Below, piece after piece: positions 40,505 through 57,760 of a DNA stretch of 64,000 nucleotides. Position numbers and translations under genes: made by a program. The stretch is from Eledone cirrhosa (taxonomy: Eukaryota): contig OZ024754.1 of NCBI GenBank assembly GCA_964016885.1, positions 4,154,001-4,218,000 on the forward strand, written 5' to 3'. The notes beneath the pieces are model-generated. The model was not told the origin of the DNA, did no database searches, and saw only the letters and a list, made by a program, of their open reading frames with translations. Positions within the stretch are counted from its first letter, which is position 1. Each line of letters begins with the position of its first letter.

Positions 40505-41799
40505 AACTTTCTTGGACATTAACTTCTTTTATAAAATATGTTTCATTAATACTCCCCCTCTTACGCACTGCAAATTTCATGAAAGATTATACATACAAAA
40601 TTAAATTTTAATATGTTTGTTTATTTCATTTAAGTATTTATTGAATAACTAAAGTTGAGTTGACAGTTTTACGAGCATCTATTAATGTGTAATCTTAACC
40701 AATTCACCTCCATTAACACTCCATGCCTTCCAACTAACCTTCTACAACCCCTTGACTTTTAGTGCTCCACTTTCTGCAGGAAGCTTGTTCCTGAATCCGT
40801 TCGAAGACAGGTGCATGTTTCAAGTTATTTCGCCTTTAATGTTTCGTTGACTTAGGAGAATCCTTACAACGTCGGTTAGAATATCATGATGCATTGGTTC
40901 AGTCTATCTGCACTGTGATTTCAAATCCCGTTGAGATCTCATTTGCCTTCCAACTTCCGACATCGATAACTAATGTATCTACCAGTCCAGTACGAGCGTT
41001 GTTTCTTGTCTCTCTCACTCACTTCTTCCCACTTCTCATAAATCAGAATCTAGATATTTAGGACTCTCGTGTCCTAAGGAAATTTATCCTCTCTTTACCA
41101 ATATGGTGGGTAAGTTTTTTTTATAAAGTAATCATCTTTGGGGGGTTTAAAGTTGGTTTTGGTCTATTCTTTGTTTATGCGCTTCAGATTTTGTGTGTGT
41201 GTACGAGGTTGCGAATTTTACCTTTAAACATGAAACCACTGACACACACATCACAGGTATAGCATTGTCTAATAATAGTCTTGATTCTTCTCTGACTTTT
41301 CTCTCTTTTTTTCTCTTACTCTTCACTCTCTTCCTCTCTAATTCCCCTTCTTTCTCTTCCTCATCATATCTCAGTCTCATTCACTTTCTCCCGCCTCCCT
41401 CTCTCTCTCATTCTATTGTCATACTTTACTCATGTCTCTAGAGGGAATCACAGATTTAGCCGATATTTCTAATCAGAAAGAGAACAACGAATATTCTCAA
41501 AAGTGATACAAAATACATTTCGCACTTTCATTTCACATTAATATCAGGTGTAAAATATAAAAATTATTTATATATTATCTTTGGTATTTATGAGCAAGAA
41601 GAAGGAAAACAACACGTCTCATACCAATTCATATTGTATCTTTTGCTGCTGCTGTTTCTTACAACTTTCTGTATAATTGTAAACATAAGATCATACTTAT
41701 TTAAACATTAATACATGCATATATAAAGACGTTTCAATATATATTACTTGTATGTGATTATGTAGCTTTTGATGGTTTAGATATCACTTCTCTATATTG

Positions 41800-42130
41800 T
41801 GTTTGTGTGTGTGAGTTTGTATGTGTCTGTGAATGCATATCTGTCTGTGAATGTGTATGTGAGTATGTATGTGTCTGTGAGTGTGTATGTGTCCATGAGT
41901 GTGTATGTGAGTATATATCTGTCTGTGAATGTCTATGTGTATGTGATTGCATATCTGTCTGTGAATGTTTATGTGAGAATGTATGTGCTTGTGAGTGTGT
42001 ATGTATCTGTGAATGCCTATCTGTTTGTGAGAGTGTATATGTCTATGAATGCATATCTGTGTGAGAATGTATGTGCCTGAGAGTGTGTATGTGTCTGTGA
42101 ATGTGTATGTGAGTATGTGTGTGAGTATGT
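41800..42130. repeat. Degenerate (TG)-rich 12-18-bp minisatellite
   Basis: Recurrent gtgaatg(c/t)atatctgtct / gtgagtgtgtat. Confidence 0.7.
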
Positions 42131-42886
42131 ATGTGTGTGTGTGTGGTGGTGTATGTCCTGTGTTTACGTAAGTGTGTAAGTCAGTGTATGCTTCTTTTAG
42201 CAGGTGTCGTTGTGTGTTTCCTTGTTGGTCGTTGTGTATATATGTCTAAACAAACAGGCGTACACATACATACTTACACACGCTCACATATATGTGTCTC
42301 TATCTATTTGTATGTCTGCACGAGCATGTAAATGCTCTCTTTGTACGTGTATGTATGCATGTTTAACTGGTATACATTTATTCACCCATTCCTCTCTTCT
42401 TGTAAATAATATAATAATATCCTCTACGAAATTAAGATGTATACAAACATATTTCAACATAGCTTTTAGCCCCCTTTCATCATCTCAAATAAATAAATAT
42501 AAAAATGAATTCAACTAAAGTTCGTTTGCACGCAACCCATAGACAGATACCACTGTGAGTTTACCAATATCTGTGATTCCATACATATATTTACAGGGCT
42601 GATTTATTTTCCCCAATGCATAAAAGACTTCTTGCCAAACAAAGATTAAAAGAAGAAATAATAAAGAACTATCGGTTTTTCTTTAAATGAAAACAGAATC
42701 AAATTGAATATATTTAAAAAAACCTTTTGGCATGAAGGTAAAAAGAAAGAAAAAAAGTATTATCTTATCTGACAATAGTAAAGAGATGCTGGGATCAAAA
42801 TATGTATTATTAACATTTTCAGCCATTTTTTTTTCATTTATTTCTTCCTCTCTTTCTTTACCTCTCTTACATGCATATGCTCTGTA

Positions 42887-43083
<197 letters not shown>

Positions 43084-43166
43084 TAGATGCATGCAAACAC
43101 ACAAACTCACATATATATAAGGTTGTATATCTATATTTGTATATGTATACGATTCTCCCACGCCCC

Positions 43167-43229
<63 letters not shown>

Positions 43230-45104
43230 TATATATGTGTGTGTGCGTGTGTTTGTGTGTATGTATTACTTGAATTCCTTTACACTTCTCGGCGGCGCAG
43301 CGCATTCATGGCCGACCATATAGATGTAGAACATATAATATACAAACTTTCAGGAAGAAATTAATATTGATATAAGAACTGAACTTATATATACGCTTAA
43401 TATATTTAGTAAAACATTCATATACATATATATATACACACACATATATAATATATGATTAATACAAAACTCTCTCTCTCTTTTTGTATATATAAGTATA
43501 TACATATAAACATTTATATGCCGAAAAAAACCTCACATTATTACACATGGGGTTGGAGTAAGTATTCATATAGATTTGCGTGCTTAAAGGTATGGTGTAT
43601 ATAGGGAAATTCAGAAATTCAAACCAAGATGGACGACATTGAGTCAAAATCGAAAAAAAATTGAGCCTAGATTTAAAGGCGTTTGTGTTAGTTTATGTAT
43701 GCAAGTAGTTAATTTGTTTGTTATTTTTGTATTCATTTTTCATATTATCTTTTGACTAAAATTTCTGAGACGTGTTTAAGTCTTTGTCATCTGATAAGAA
43801 AGATGATTTTATTGTATTTCCTTGGATATTTTCATGAAATTTTGTTTCATTTTCCTTAGAATAATTTCTTTGCCATTCTTTGAGAGTTATCTCTACATAA
43901 TATCTCTCTCATACTTTTTTTTAATTCTCTCCCTCTCTCTCTAAACGTTCCTACTACTCTCTCGCAGTCATAGTTTTCGCTCCGATTTACACATATATGC
44001 ACACACATACACACTCACACACATTTATATGTATTATACACATTAATATTTGGTATTTGGTATATTTTTTCATCTTTGACACTTAATGTTAACGGAGGTG
44101 CAAAATTGCAAAAGATGAAATCATTATATATATATTTATTTATAATGCCATCCACCAAATGGTTCACACAGATAGTTGTACACACATGGTCAAAACCCTA
44201 TATATATATGTATATATATATATATCAAAATACCTTTTTGTCTTCACATTTATTGTTATTACTATATATATATATAACCCCATATATATATATTATAAAG
44301 TGAAATTACATGAGGCCAAATATGTTGAATTTCCTTAATTATTTATTTCTGCAAACATTATGCACATAAGGCTTTTCCAAATTATTATATCACTTCCCGC
44401 GCTTTCTAATCGAAATTTGTCGCGAATCCACGTTTGGATATAATGATCCATTGTACATATCTTAATATGACGGAATCTTTCAGCATGTTTACTATCAAAC
44501 TTAAATTTGTCTTTTTTTATCTTTAAATGTACAAGCCCAAAGTTTGATCCTTTGCAGGAAAGTATCAATAACCAGCAACTACCGATCCTAAAGATTGAAC
44601 TGTTCCTTGATCCACAAGAGAGACATGAATCCCAGTTTCAGATGACCTGGTTAATATATGATTATAGAGTAATATTGACAACAGTTACTTATTCACTGTA
44701 AACTTAACAATTGATAGATTTATAACAGAGTTGAAAATAAACAATCAATTGTCAAATTATTATATATGAGCAGTGAACGTTCACGGGAACACCAGCTCAT
44801 ATAAAATTCGTAGCAAATAAACATAGTGTTTGTTTCATGTGTCAAGGCTCGGAGAATTTAATATGTGCAAAAAATTCTATTAAACCTCCAAGGTTGAGCT
44901 GGTAAATATCTACTGTAGTGATTGTAAATACAGAATCGTAAATGTATCTTGGGAAAATAAATTGAGATAAGATGAGTGACCAAAAAAAACAAAGAGAAGA
45001 AGAGAGAAAGAGATGGAAAGAGAAGGAGAAGAGAAAGAGGGACTGAGAGAGAGAGACAGAGAGAGAGAGATAGAGGAAGAGAGATAGAAAGATAAGAGAG
45101 GGAC

Positions 45105-45265
45105 TGTTACGGGTGAATGGCTTAGAAATGTCTTTCATAATCACGAGGTGTCGTGTTCCATCCCACTGCGTGGCATCCTGTAAATGTGTATATATTTTAC
45201 TAGAGCCTGCGGTCGAGCCAAGCCTTGTGAGTGTAACTGTGGCGACGGTAATGGTGGAAAGACGT
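45105..45265 (+). mobile_element. tRNA-derived SINE (type 2), diverged
   Basis: gtgttccatcccactgcgtggca...agccttgtgagtg; reverse-strand relatives near 12535, 50050 and 60505. Confidence 0.6.
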
Positions 45266-45468
45266 CGAAAGGATTGTATATTGAATCTAAAGAACTAGCA
45301 CCGTCAGACAACATGTCACGCTGATTCTGCCTCAAGATTACTTTAAGGGTTGAAGTTTCTCTGTAATACTCATTCACTTACTGTTATGTTGTAACTGAAT
45401 GATTTTGGCAGTTCAGTTGATCGATCAAGCGGTATAATAAGCGTTGATACCTGAGGTGATCCATTTCG

Positions 45469-45508
<40 letters not shown>

Positions 45509-45617
45509 GGGGGAAGAGGGGAGAGAGGGGAAAGAGAACATATTTTTAGGCATATTTCTTCCACACTCTCGATGTATTTACATATATATGTATATTTGCA
45601 TTTATTCATACAAAACC

Positions 45618-45678
<61 letters not shown>

Positions 45679-45746
45679 TAGATAGATGGATAAATATGTA
45701 TGTAGGGATGTAGCTCAAACACACGCACACACATACACTCACATAC

Positions 45747-45815
<69 letters not shown>

Positions 45816-46255
45816 ACAAACATATTTATTTATCTTTATTTATTATTTACTTTATTTCATAATTTATATTTTTGCCAATGTTTTTTTTTTCCCCGCCACG
45901 AAATTCATGGAATTTAAGGAAATCTTACCATCGTGGAAACCTCGCCCAGAGGAGCAGAACTTTAATGTACATGCAGGTGTTTTTATCACGATTATCATAT
46001 ATGTGGCGTTTTACAAAAAAAGACAAGATGTATTAAATTTTCTCGTGATTAAATGTACATAAATTGTATATACATACGGCTGGAAACATCGTACACAAGC
46101 GGATGTCTGTGCGACTCGGTGTTTTAGTTCATATGCTTATTAAGAATTCCATGCAAATTCGTGTACACATATTTGCAACAAACGTCATATAATATGTTAT
46201 ATTATTGTTATTTTCTTTTTTATTTCCTTTCAAAAACGCATTTCATGTATGTATG

Positions 46256-46317
<62 letters not shown>

Positions 46318-46336
46318 TATATATATATATATATAT

Positions 46337-46381
<45 letters not shown>

Positions 46382-46394
46382 TATATATATACAC

Positions 46395-46489
<95 letters not shown>

Positions 46490-46563
46490 TATATATATAT
46501 ATAGATACAATGTATATATATATATAGATACAAACATACATAGATATATACATACGAACACGT

Positions 46564-46612
<49 letters not shown>

Positions 46613-46981
46613 CATACATACACATATATATATACATATATATACGTATACATATATATATATATACGTATACATATATATATAGGTATACATTACCATA
46701 TATATATATATACATATATATACGTATACATATATATATATATATGTGTGTGTTTATATGTATATTTATATGGTATATGTATATTTATATATTCATCCAT
46801 TCATATATCTTGAATGATATATTTTACTACGTTTATGAACACATATCAATGCTTATGAATTTTCGTACCTAAACGCACGCACACATCTATGTCCATACAT
46901 ATATATATACACACATTCATGCATGCATATATATATATATATATATATACTAACGAAGACTTACAAGCACACACTCACACA

Positions 46982-47026
<45 letters not shown>

Positions 47027-47241
47027 ACCACTTCGTGTGTTATTATATAGTTGTAAATGCGTCGGCCATATCAGTATGTTTGTAGAATGCTGTAGAGATT
47101 ATCTGCGTTCTCATTTGTGTGAGTATTAAACGTCTGTGTTAGTTAATAGAATCAGTTTATGTTTTCATATGCACATCATTTAGATAACTCTTATATCATT
47201 CAAGTTTATCGTTGTTCATTTTTCAGTGTTTGTTCTTTTAA

Positions 47242-47346
<105 letters not shown>

Positions 47347-47563
47347 TGAGTGTGAATGTGTATCGTTGTAAGTGTTCGTTAGTGTGTACATCCAAATATT
47401 ACCTGTGTCATAGTCGATGAAGGGTAGTGTTTTTTGTGTGTATGTGTGTGTGTGTGGGGGTGGTGGAGGTGGTCGGGGGAGAGTTGATATCATCCCGAAA
47501 CAATCAACTATTACATCGATCATTAGACTACCGGGAAATATTCTGGATCTGCTATATATATAT

Positions 47564-47620
<57 letters not shown>

Positions 47621-47662
47621 CACTGAAACATGTATATATACATATACAAACATACATATACA

Positions 47663-47721
<59 letters not shown>

Positions 47722-47737
47722 ATATTCATAAAAAAAC

Positions 47738-47769
<32 letters not shown>

Positions 47770-47772
47770 CTG

Positions 47773-47812
<40 letters not shown>

Positions 47813-48158
47813 CACTGATTCTCTGAACATTTTTATATTACATCCAATACACTTTTCTCTCCTGTCCTGCCTGTCCGACAATGGCGTAATACTGATTACT
47901 TATTCCAGGGAAATATAATATAATTCATTCAATGGACGATATGACTTCTTAATGAAAGGTGACTGAACTACTGAGTACACATACGCGCCTATATATATAT
48001 ATATATATACATACCATATATATATATATATATATATACACATTGATGTCATATATATATATATATATTGATATATATATATATATATACACATTGATAT
48101 TATATATATATATATATTGATATATATATATACATATATATATATATACATTGATATC

Positions 48159-48197
<39 letters not shown>

Positions 48198-48202
48198 CAT
48201 AC

Positions 48203-48233
<31 letters not shown>

Positions 48234-48250
48234 CATACATTGATATCATA

Positions 48251-48282
<32 letters not shown>

Positions 48283-48315
48283 CATACATATGTATATATA
48301 TATATATATATATAC

Positions 48316-48359
<44 letters not shown>

Positions 48360-48360
48360 G

Positions 48361-48449
<89 letters not shown>

Positions 48450-48479
48450 GTATATATACATATGTATATATATATATAC

Positions 48480-48519
<40 letters not shown>

Positions 48520-48582
48520 GTATATATACATATATATATATATACATATATACATATCTATATATATATATATAATATATAC

Positions 48583-48638
<56 letters not shown>

Positions 48639-48665
48639 GTATATACATATATATATATGTGTGTT

Positions 48666-48701
<36 letters not shown>

Positions 48702-48825
48702 ATCAGGCGACCACATGTGTCTTTGAACTAGTTCGTAGTCTTACCAACACAAGGATAACTCTAAATTTGATATACAAATACATGTTAGCCCTGTGTATGT
48801 GTGTCATTGTGTGTGTGTGTATATA

Positions 48826-48925
48826 CAAGGTGTCTCAAAAGTGTAGACACACTTCAACTGCATTCTCATGAATATGGCCTGTACAGGTAATCAAAGTGTA
48901 TATACATTACTTTGGGGACACCCTG
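48826..48925. mobile_element. Tc1/mariner-type MITE, 100 bp
   Basis: TA|caaggtgtctcaaaagt ... actttggggacaccctg|TA; imperfect TIRs starting CAG/CAA with TA flanks. Confidence 0.75.
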
Positions 48926-48971
<46 letters not shown>

Positions 48972-48986
48972 TATATATGTATATAC

Positions 48987-49037
<51 letters not shown>

Positions 49038-49065
49038 CATAGATACAGACATACGTATATGTATG

Positions 49066-49106
<41 letters not shown>

Positions 49107-50253
49107 AGACATAGATACAGACATACGTATATGTATATATATATATATACATATACATATACATACTCGGATTCTAAACACCCAATCCACTAGAAATACA
49201 TGCATATTGGTGTGCCTGCGGGCAAGTTATCTGCCCATGCTGCGTGCTTGTTGACTTTGTTTAGTTGCCAACGCTTATGTATGTTTAACACGTCACGTTG
49301 CTATTAGATTACAAGGTGTCTCCACGTTAAGTACGTGTGTGTATGTGTTTTAAACACGTGTCTCTCTCTCCTTGAAACCATTCTTTTCCACCTCTCCTTC
49401 TTTTCCTTCTCTTCCAGTGGCCTTGGGGCAACTCCATGGTCTTATATTATCCTTTCTATGTGCCCTATCTGTTAATATTACAGGGTATGAAATCTCGCTT
49501 TTTAGAAGAACCGACCAGGAACCTTTGCTCTGTTCAATTAGCTGATCTGGGAGAGAATAACCACCGAATACAAAACGTCAGTTTTCCTCTGGTGATATTC
49601 GGTTGGATGGACTCTATGAAAAGAACACTCTGTACGGATATCTATTATTCTGAGTGCTTTAAACATTGCATACACTGCATCAATATAACCACTACGAATC
49701 ATTATTTAGCCCCCGGTCAACCTCATCTAGCAGACATATGATCAAAGGCGTTCCAGCCCGATAATTCCGGTATTTTTATATTTTTTCTTTTTTTTTTCAG
49801 CAATAGTGTATGAGCTAACAATAACCAGTGTAGTTCTTTTTTTTTCTTCTTTTAAAGTACGACGGTAACTTGTGTGATGTGTAGTAGTTTTATTTATTGT
49901 TTCTAGCAGATGAAGTATAATGACATACTAGACTTTTATCAATGGGAGTTCAGTTCGAAATTTTTTTCTCTTTGGCCAATGACAGAAAGATATCCATGAT
50001 GATTTTCAATGTTCTCAAGATTTATAAAAGGAAAGAAAGTATTACGTCAAACGAATTTCCCTCCAATGACTTGGGATGTCGAGGCTTCATGAAATGACAC
50101 TAGTCCAAGATGACACGCAGTGGAATGGAACTAAAGATCTCATGATTATGAACCCAACCTCCTTCACATATCCATACCTCCAACCGGAACATATATGGAA
50201 GCAAATTCAATGAAAAATAAGTGCTGTTACAAACACCGCGGCAAAAATATTTT

Positions 50254-50530
50254 AAGTACTTTACGATTGCTGAATCAGTAATTCTACAAGCTTGTTGTGA
50301 AATTGTAAATATTCTGTTTGGTGTGGAATATGCGAAATAGTGTTTTACCATCCCTTTGTCGTAACACTTAGTTGACACATAAAAGATTTATTGAAAGACG
50401 TTGAGTCACAAGTGATAGCTAATATTAAAGAAATCCCGTTATTTTATCATTCTTTTGGATGAGTCAAGTACCATAACTAGAGGATCACTTTTTCTAGCAT
50501 TCAGTACTTTTGTTTGTAATACACAAATAG
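50254..50530 (+). pseudogene. hAT (Charlie/Buster-type) transposase fossil
   Basis: Broken frames read KYFTIAESVILQACCEIVNILFG..IPLS*, DVESQVIANIKE and ILLDESSTITRGSLFLAF, matching the KPxTIGE.LI..A...IPLSNNT...LDESTD...QLL.F pattern; stops and frameshifts present. Confidence 0.8.
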
Positions 50531-51968
50531 GAAAAACAAAAACGGTCGTCAGGTCGTACCGACGAAACTGTGCTTCCGTTGATTGCTTTTTTGGTGTTTT
50601 GTGTGTGTGGCGGAGGGGTGTTTCCAAAGCTGATACTATTAGTCGGTCACAACAAAGAACAGAAGCGTCACCACTCTTCCGGTAACACGATGTGGGATTT
50701 GAAGACAGAATCGAAAGCAGTCGAAACAGAATCTGCTAAATATCCCCCTCGATCCTTTAACAATTCTACTAGTACACCGACCCTTGTTTCATATTTTATT
50801 TATTTATAGTAAACAGATGAAGAGGAAAGTTGACATCAATGAGACTGAAACTGGTACAAATAAATACAAAAGCAATTAATCAAACGGTCTAACATCTCTA
50901 TCAATTACAATGCATATTATAACAGTGACATCATGATAAAATTAAATTTTTGGAAGCTACTTCCAGAGACAAAAATTAAATAGAATCTTCTTTTTTCTTT
51001 TTTCTTTTTTCTTTTTTCTTTTTTCTTTTTTCTTTTTTCTTCTTCTTCTTCTGAGAGTTCTCTATACTTTGACTAAGGGAACTTTAAATCTCGAAATATT
51101 AGGACGAAAGAAACAACAAAAAGTAGCAAAGATTACTGATAACTAACCAAATTTCTGTATTTGCACTTATGTGAGAATCGATTAATATATACAACATATT
51201 GTCACTGCTTTTAATTTCGGTACAATGATAGCATTTTTTTTATTGGCGGAGAGGTGATGGTATCAATAGTAGTACTTGACTCCTGTTTTATATTTTATGG
51301 CCCTGGTACTAATGAAAGGCAATGGTGACATCGTCAAGGTTTGAAACTAGGATGCAAAGAATCGGAACAAATACTCCAAAGTATATTGTCCAACGCTGTA
51401 ACAACAACATAATAAAAACCTGAAACAAACATCTGAGGTAAAATATATTCAATGTGAACACTCGCCAATATCGTCAACATATCGATCCAACCCCAAAAGT
51501 CAAAGGTGAGAATTTAGTCGTTTGACACGCTTGGAAGACCTACGTCGCCAAAAAATGAATTTAGGAAGGTCTGCCTTTATAAATTCATTCACAAAAGAAG
51601 ATAGCGATATAGATGTGTTAAAAGTAGAATCTATATTCTACTTAGATGTAAGGATATATGCGTGAGCTAGGCGTTAATGTGCTGGACTTATGATCATAAA
51701 GGTGTGTTTTCGGTTATTCCACCAGGCTGTACCTTGTGTCATTGTATAAGTCACTCCATTTTAATTTGTCCAATCTACTGTGTTAAAATAATGTCAACAG
51801 CACCAACATAATTTAATATTGTGAGAAAGCTAAGGGTTCTGTGCTCTCAGTCTCTGAATGGTACATGAACCAGAGATGAGCTAATGGCCAAAAAAAGGTT
51901 TGACACTTTTAAATTATATAATTTTACATGTACTGATAACTTTCAGGCAATATATGTCTGGCATTACG

Positions 51969-52000
<32 letters not shown>

Positions 52001-52715
52001 CATAAAGAGAGAGAGGAGAAAGAGTGAGAGAGATATAATAATAACCTGCCTTTATATACATATATATATATATAGACAAACATACAGATATATACATACA
52101 TACACACATATATATATATATATGTGTGTGTTTGTATATACATATGTACATACATATATATGTATGTATATACATGTGACATATATATATATATAAACAC
52201 ATACATATACATACATGAAAAATCTGCCATTAAAGAGTGAAGTATATATCATCAAGACACACCATTATCTAAGAGGCAGTTCAAAGATAGTTTTAATGGT
52301 TTTCAGATTTTTAAAATAGGTCATTTATGGAAATAACGAACAAACAAAAAAACTAACAAGAAAAACACAACAGTAGAATTTGTGAAATAGAAACGATGCT
52401 ACAAGGCATATGACTTTGGTTTCGAAGTCCATGTCACGTCTACACACTGTGGGTGAATAATGTCTAACTTAAATGGGGGAAAGCTTCCATTTACTGCCGT
52501 ATTTATTTAAGTCTTTCCGGTCGCTGAAATTCTTTGTTATCTTAAAATCACGATTGTTCAACATCCACTTCCGGGATCATGAATTAAATTCACCAACTTT
52601 AAACGACGATCGTGTCGCATGAGTGACTGTACGTATGTATGTATATATATGTATGTATATATTTACCTTATAAATGTATTCATATATTATATACGTAAGC
52701 ATGCATACATTTATG

Positions 52716-52813
<98 letters not shown>

Positions 52814-52895
52814 GAGTGGAGTATAAGTATAAATATGTATATGTGTGTGTGTTCGTGTGTATGTATACGTGTGCTGATATACGTTCTTATATATG

Positions 52896-52964
<69 letters not shown>

Positions 52965-53266
52965 ATATGTATATATATATGTATATATATATATATGTAT
53001 GTATATATATGTATATATATATATATACTTTTGGATTTGTTATGATGATCCCTTTAAGGACAACCTGACGCACACTATAATGACAACAACAACAACAAAG
53101 TCAAATCGTGTTAGCCAGAAAAAAGTGTTTAATTAAACAGATTTCAGTATATTCGTTTCTTCAACTACCTTAAAACTTTACTTATGCCAATTAATTTTTT
53201 CTAATTAAATATATATACGTGTCCTTCAAACAAAAGCATTTCAGGTGTCCTTTGTGTTTTCCATAT

Positions 53267-53333
<67 letters not shown>

Positions 53334-53367
53334 GTATGTATATATATATATATATTTATTTATATGT

Positions 53368-53423
<56 letters not shown>

Positions 53424-53455
53424 GTATGTATATATATATATATTTATTTATATGT

Positions 53456-53515
<60 letters not shown>

Positions 53516-53720
53516 ATGTATATATATATATATAATGTACAAAATTATACAAAATTATACATACCAACTCATATAATTTTGATAGTTTATATATAATGTA
53601 TGTATATATATATATAAATGTATGTATATATATATATATAATGTATGTATATATATATATATAAATGTATGTATATATATATATAAATGTATGTATATAT
53701 ACACATATATATACGAAATG

Positions 53721-53778
<58 letters not shown>

Positions 53779-54607
53779 CATTATATATATATACATTATA
53801 TATATATATACTTATTTATTTATATGTTATCAATATATATATATATGTATATATATATATATTATATATATATATATAGACATGTCTTTTATGAAACAAA
53901 CAATAAGGTAAATCTCAGAAGACACGCATGTAATTAATTGTTCCATGTTTTAAAAAATATATATAACTAAACAAGCAAAACAATCTTCTAACTTTTTCTC
54001 TCTAATTTTTTGCTAATTTCTAGAAATATTCTAAATATCATGACCAAATTGCCCCGCTATCAACGTTTCTTTTCTAATAACGTCATATTGACGTTCTACT
54101 AAAATAAATGTACTATTATAACCTCTTGATCCGAATTTCAGTAAAAAAAAATATGTAATGCTTAAACTTATCGGACATCTTTCAGTTTTGTTAAACCTCA
54201 TAAGGAAATTATATATATTTCAGTTAAACAAAATGTATATCAGTTCTATTATATCCAGAAAAGTAATGGTCTCAGCCAGTCCGTATGTATCCAAGATACG
54301 TTGCATACACAGTGTTCTTACGACCCAGGAATGTTTATGAAAATGTGAATGTTTTATATGGGATGACCTACCGCATGTGTAAGCACTGTGCAGCATGTTG
54401 CACTATGCAAAATGTTCCACTGTAATATTTCTTATCAGTCATCGTCTTGAAACAAGGACTATTTAATAATATGAATTCTGTTTAAGTTACGTATATATGT
54501 TCTGTAAACTTACTGGAGAAGGTGTTGCTGTAAAGGTGTTTTCTTAAGATACTTTGAAATGACAGTAGTATACTCTGTCGCATCTTGTGGGTATAAGCGT
54601 GTAATTA

Positions 54608-54641
<34 letters not shown>

Positions 54642-54702
54642 CAAGCATATATCTACATACATATATATGTATGAAAAATTATACGTTCAAATGCAAACAC
54701 AC

Positions 54703-54753
<51 letters not shown>

Positions 54754-54801
54754 TTATTACTATTACTATATATATATATATACATTTATTACTATTACTA
54801 T

Positions 54802-54845
<44 letters not shown>

Positions 54846-54855
54846 TTATTACTAT

Positions 54856-54889
<34 letters not shown>

Positions 54890-54907
54890 ATAAATGTGAA
54901 TAATCTG

Positions 54908-54950
<43 letters not shown>

Positions 54951-55735
54951 TATATATACCTGTGTGTCTCTGTCTGTGTGTAACCATTGGTGTATATGTG
55001 TATAACTCTGATTTTGTGTGCATCCGTGTGTGTGTATGTGTGTGTGTGTGTGCTTTCGTGTGTGTGTGTTTGTGTGTGCCTGTATGTGTGTCAAGTCTAA
55101 GTAAGTCGCAATGACAGGATAGATGTGATTCTTACACAATTTTGCCCGTTAAATACTTTGAAATATATCAGATTCTTAAAAATTTATTTCGGTCAAAATT
55201 CTCCATCGAACTGACAGCTAAAAATTATTTATGACTCTAGAGAATATATTTCTCTGATAGGAAATTAAATGGCCTGAAGAATAGCAGAAACAAGACTTGA
55301 AGACAAGAAATATTTAAGAATCGAGTGAAAAGTTAATAAAATATTCAAGTATATGTTTAAATTAAACAACAACAACAGCAGCAAAAACAAACAACCGTCC
55401 TACACATTGATGTAATTTTTATTTTATGAGATGGAAGGAAAGAATTTTAATCAAGCAAAGAACATTTTATTCCATTGTACTTACGCCTTTTAAATGCTAT
55501 AACACAATGAGTTGATTTGTTGAGAATATATTTTAACTGACAGGATAGCTATAAAATATGCCGTTCAGTTTCTAAAATCTATTCTATTTTTTCTTCTTCT
55601 GTTTGTCTATATTACACACATGTAGGATTAATGTGTTTTTCTAGTACTACCAAGAATGTGTTAAATATTTGTACTTTAGAAAAAAACTATAAGATATATG
55701 CTAGTGTTTACATATATACTTTCATATGTACACGC

Positions 55736-55809
<74 letters not shown>

Positions 55810-56411
55810 GTGTGTGTGTGTTTGTTTATACACACTGACACATATGCACGCTGCACACACATATAAATAAGTATGTATCTAAATATAGATATATATGAGT
55901 GTATGTATGTATATATACATACATATTTAAAAAACTACAAGCTGTACGCTGCACAACACACACACACACACACATATTTATATATATATGTGCATGTGTG
56001 TCTGTGTATGTGTATGTGTGTGTGTGTGTGTGTGTTTGCGAGGCTATGTGTACACAGACAAGTTTATTTAAAACAGATAAATACCTACGTTAACTTTTAA
56101 AGTATCATACACTCCAAAAAAAAAATCCCAACGAAAAATCCAAATCTCATTGCAAATTGAAATAGTAGAATACAAGAGGAATATTTACGATGTAAGTTTT
56201 TTAAATAGATTTATTTTGTTGCGTGCAAACGTTTCACCTCATTACTGTAAACTACCCAATTTATTGTATATTCTATTGCAGTGATTGTTAATGGTACACA
56301 GCATGGAGCCATCTTCTACGCCAGCGGCCTCCAGCCTATGGTGGAAGAGCTAAGTTCAAAGTTTCTCTAATTATAAAAAGAAATCACCTTTTCGTTTTGC
56401 TTTGTTATTAT

Positions 56412-56653
56412 TGGCAGTATCGGTAGAGGGTCGGACGCCAAGCTTTTAAGCATAGAGTTACCTCCCTTTATGATCTGAGTTCAAATCCCGCCGAGGTTAA
56501 CTTTGCCTTTCATCCTTACGGAGTCGATAAAATAAAGTACCAGTCACGCACTGGGGTCGATTTAATCGACTTTCCCCTCCCCTCAAATGACTGGCCTTGT
56601 GCCTATAGTAGAAATCACTATTATTATTATTATTATCATTATTATTATTATTA
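56412..56653 (+). mobile_element. Apparently full-length SINE (type 1) with (TTA)n tail
   Basis: A/B boxes (gagttcaaatccc), body shared with 20283-20458 plus a ~30-bp internal segment, (TTA)n tail ~56620-56653. Confidence 0.88.
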
Positions 56654-57709
56654 CCGCCGAATAAGAATCTCTGGTGGTAGTAGTTGTAGCAGTGTCCAAA
56701 GCAAAATTAATTTAAAAGAGAAAGGTCTTTGATATTGAAAATGCAAGGAAAGAGCGATCTTAAGTTAGACATGGCCTGGGCCAATACTGGCCGAAACCTA
56801 TCAAAGTATATCAAAATTATACTATCGGTTGACTTGACCTGTTATCATCAACAGCTTATTTCCCTTAGCATCTAAATCCATTTGTTTGTAGCCCGTCTGA
56901 AACTGTCCTCTATTGCTATCTAGAAAAGGCATCCCAGAAAAGACTTTAAAGTTTCCGCATATGAATCGGTCCTAGACATGTAAAAATATCGGCCTCAGTC
57001 TCATTGGAACTCAGATGGCAGAAAAGCCAGAGAAAAAAGATGTATTCTATTAAAAACAACGGTCTAAAGACTCTACCAATTTGCTGCTTTAAATGAAGAA
57101 GACAAGTAAAAGCAGTTTACACCAATTGACCATTTAACGCCTAGTATGTATCTTATGATATTACAAAACATTTCGAAATACCGAAGCCACGCTTCCTGTC
57201 TTTTAATAACAGGCGAATACAAACAAAGATGTTAATAACACTGGTGACATTCTAAGGAATATTACAGCCATTTATCATTAAACCTTTAAGAGAATGCATA
57301 GGTTAGTAACAAAATATAATTTGATTTAATATATTTGTTATAAAATTGCTTAACTTTAAAGTAAACATTATTGGCGTTATGCTTCGTCCATGAGTTCTTC
57401 TGTTACAACACAACCAGAATAACATTATAACATTTTAGAATAAAATGTTATAAAGGAAAAAAATATATATTGTCCATTCTGAAAAACAATGCAATATATA
57501 ATGGAAGACGAAAAATCAGAGTCAAGATGGATGCTCTGGCTTATAATTTGAACAAATGTTATCTGACAGGAAATATGTCAACGGTACATTCACAAATTGC
57601 AAGACATTTACAAGTTGCACTTTATGTATTTATATGAAGTTAGTCTCTCTTTCTCCGCCTCTTCACATTCTGTTTCGTACACACTTCTTTCTCTGTCTCT
57701 CCCTCTAAG

Positions 57710-57760
<51 letters not shown>

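Noticed and set aside
44335-44701. Non-repetitive ORFs (77 aa minus, 64 aa plus)
   Set aside because: No recognisable domain or clear splice-site pair.
55271-55304. CTGAAGA atagca GAAAC candidate
   Set aside because: A in place of U16.1 and no proper stem I.
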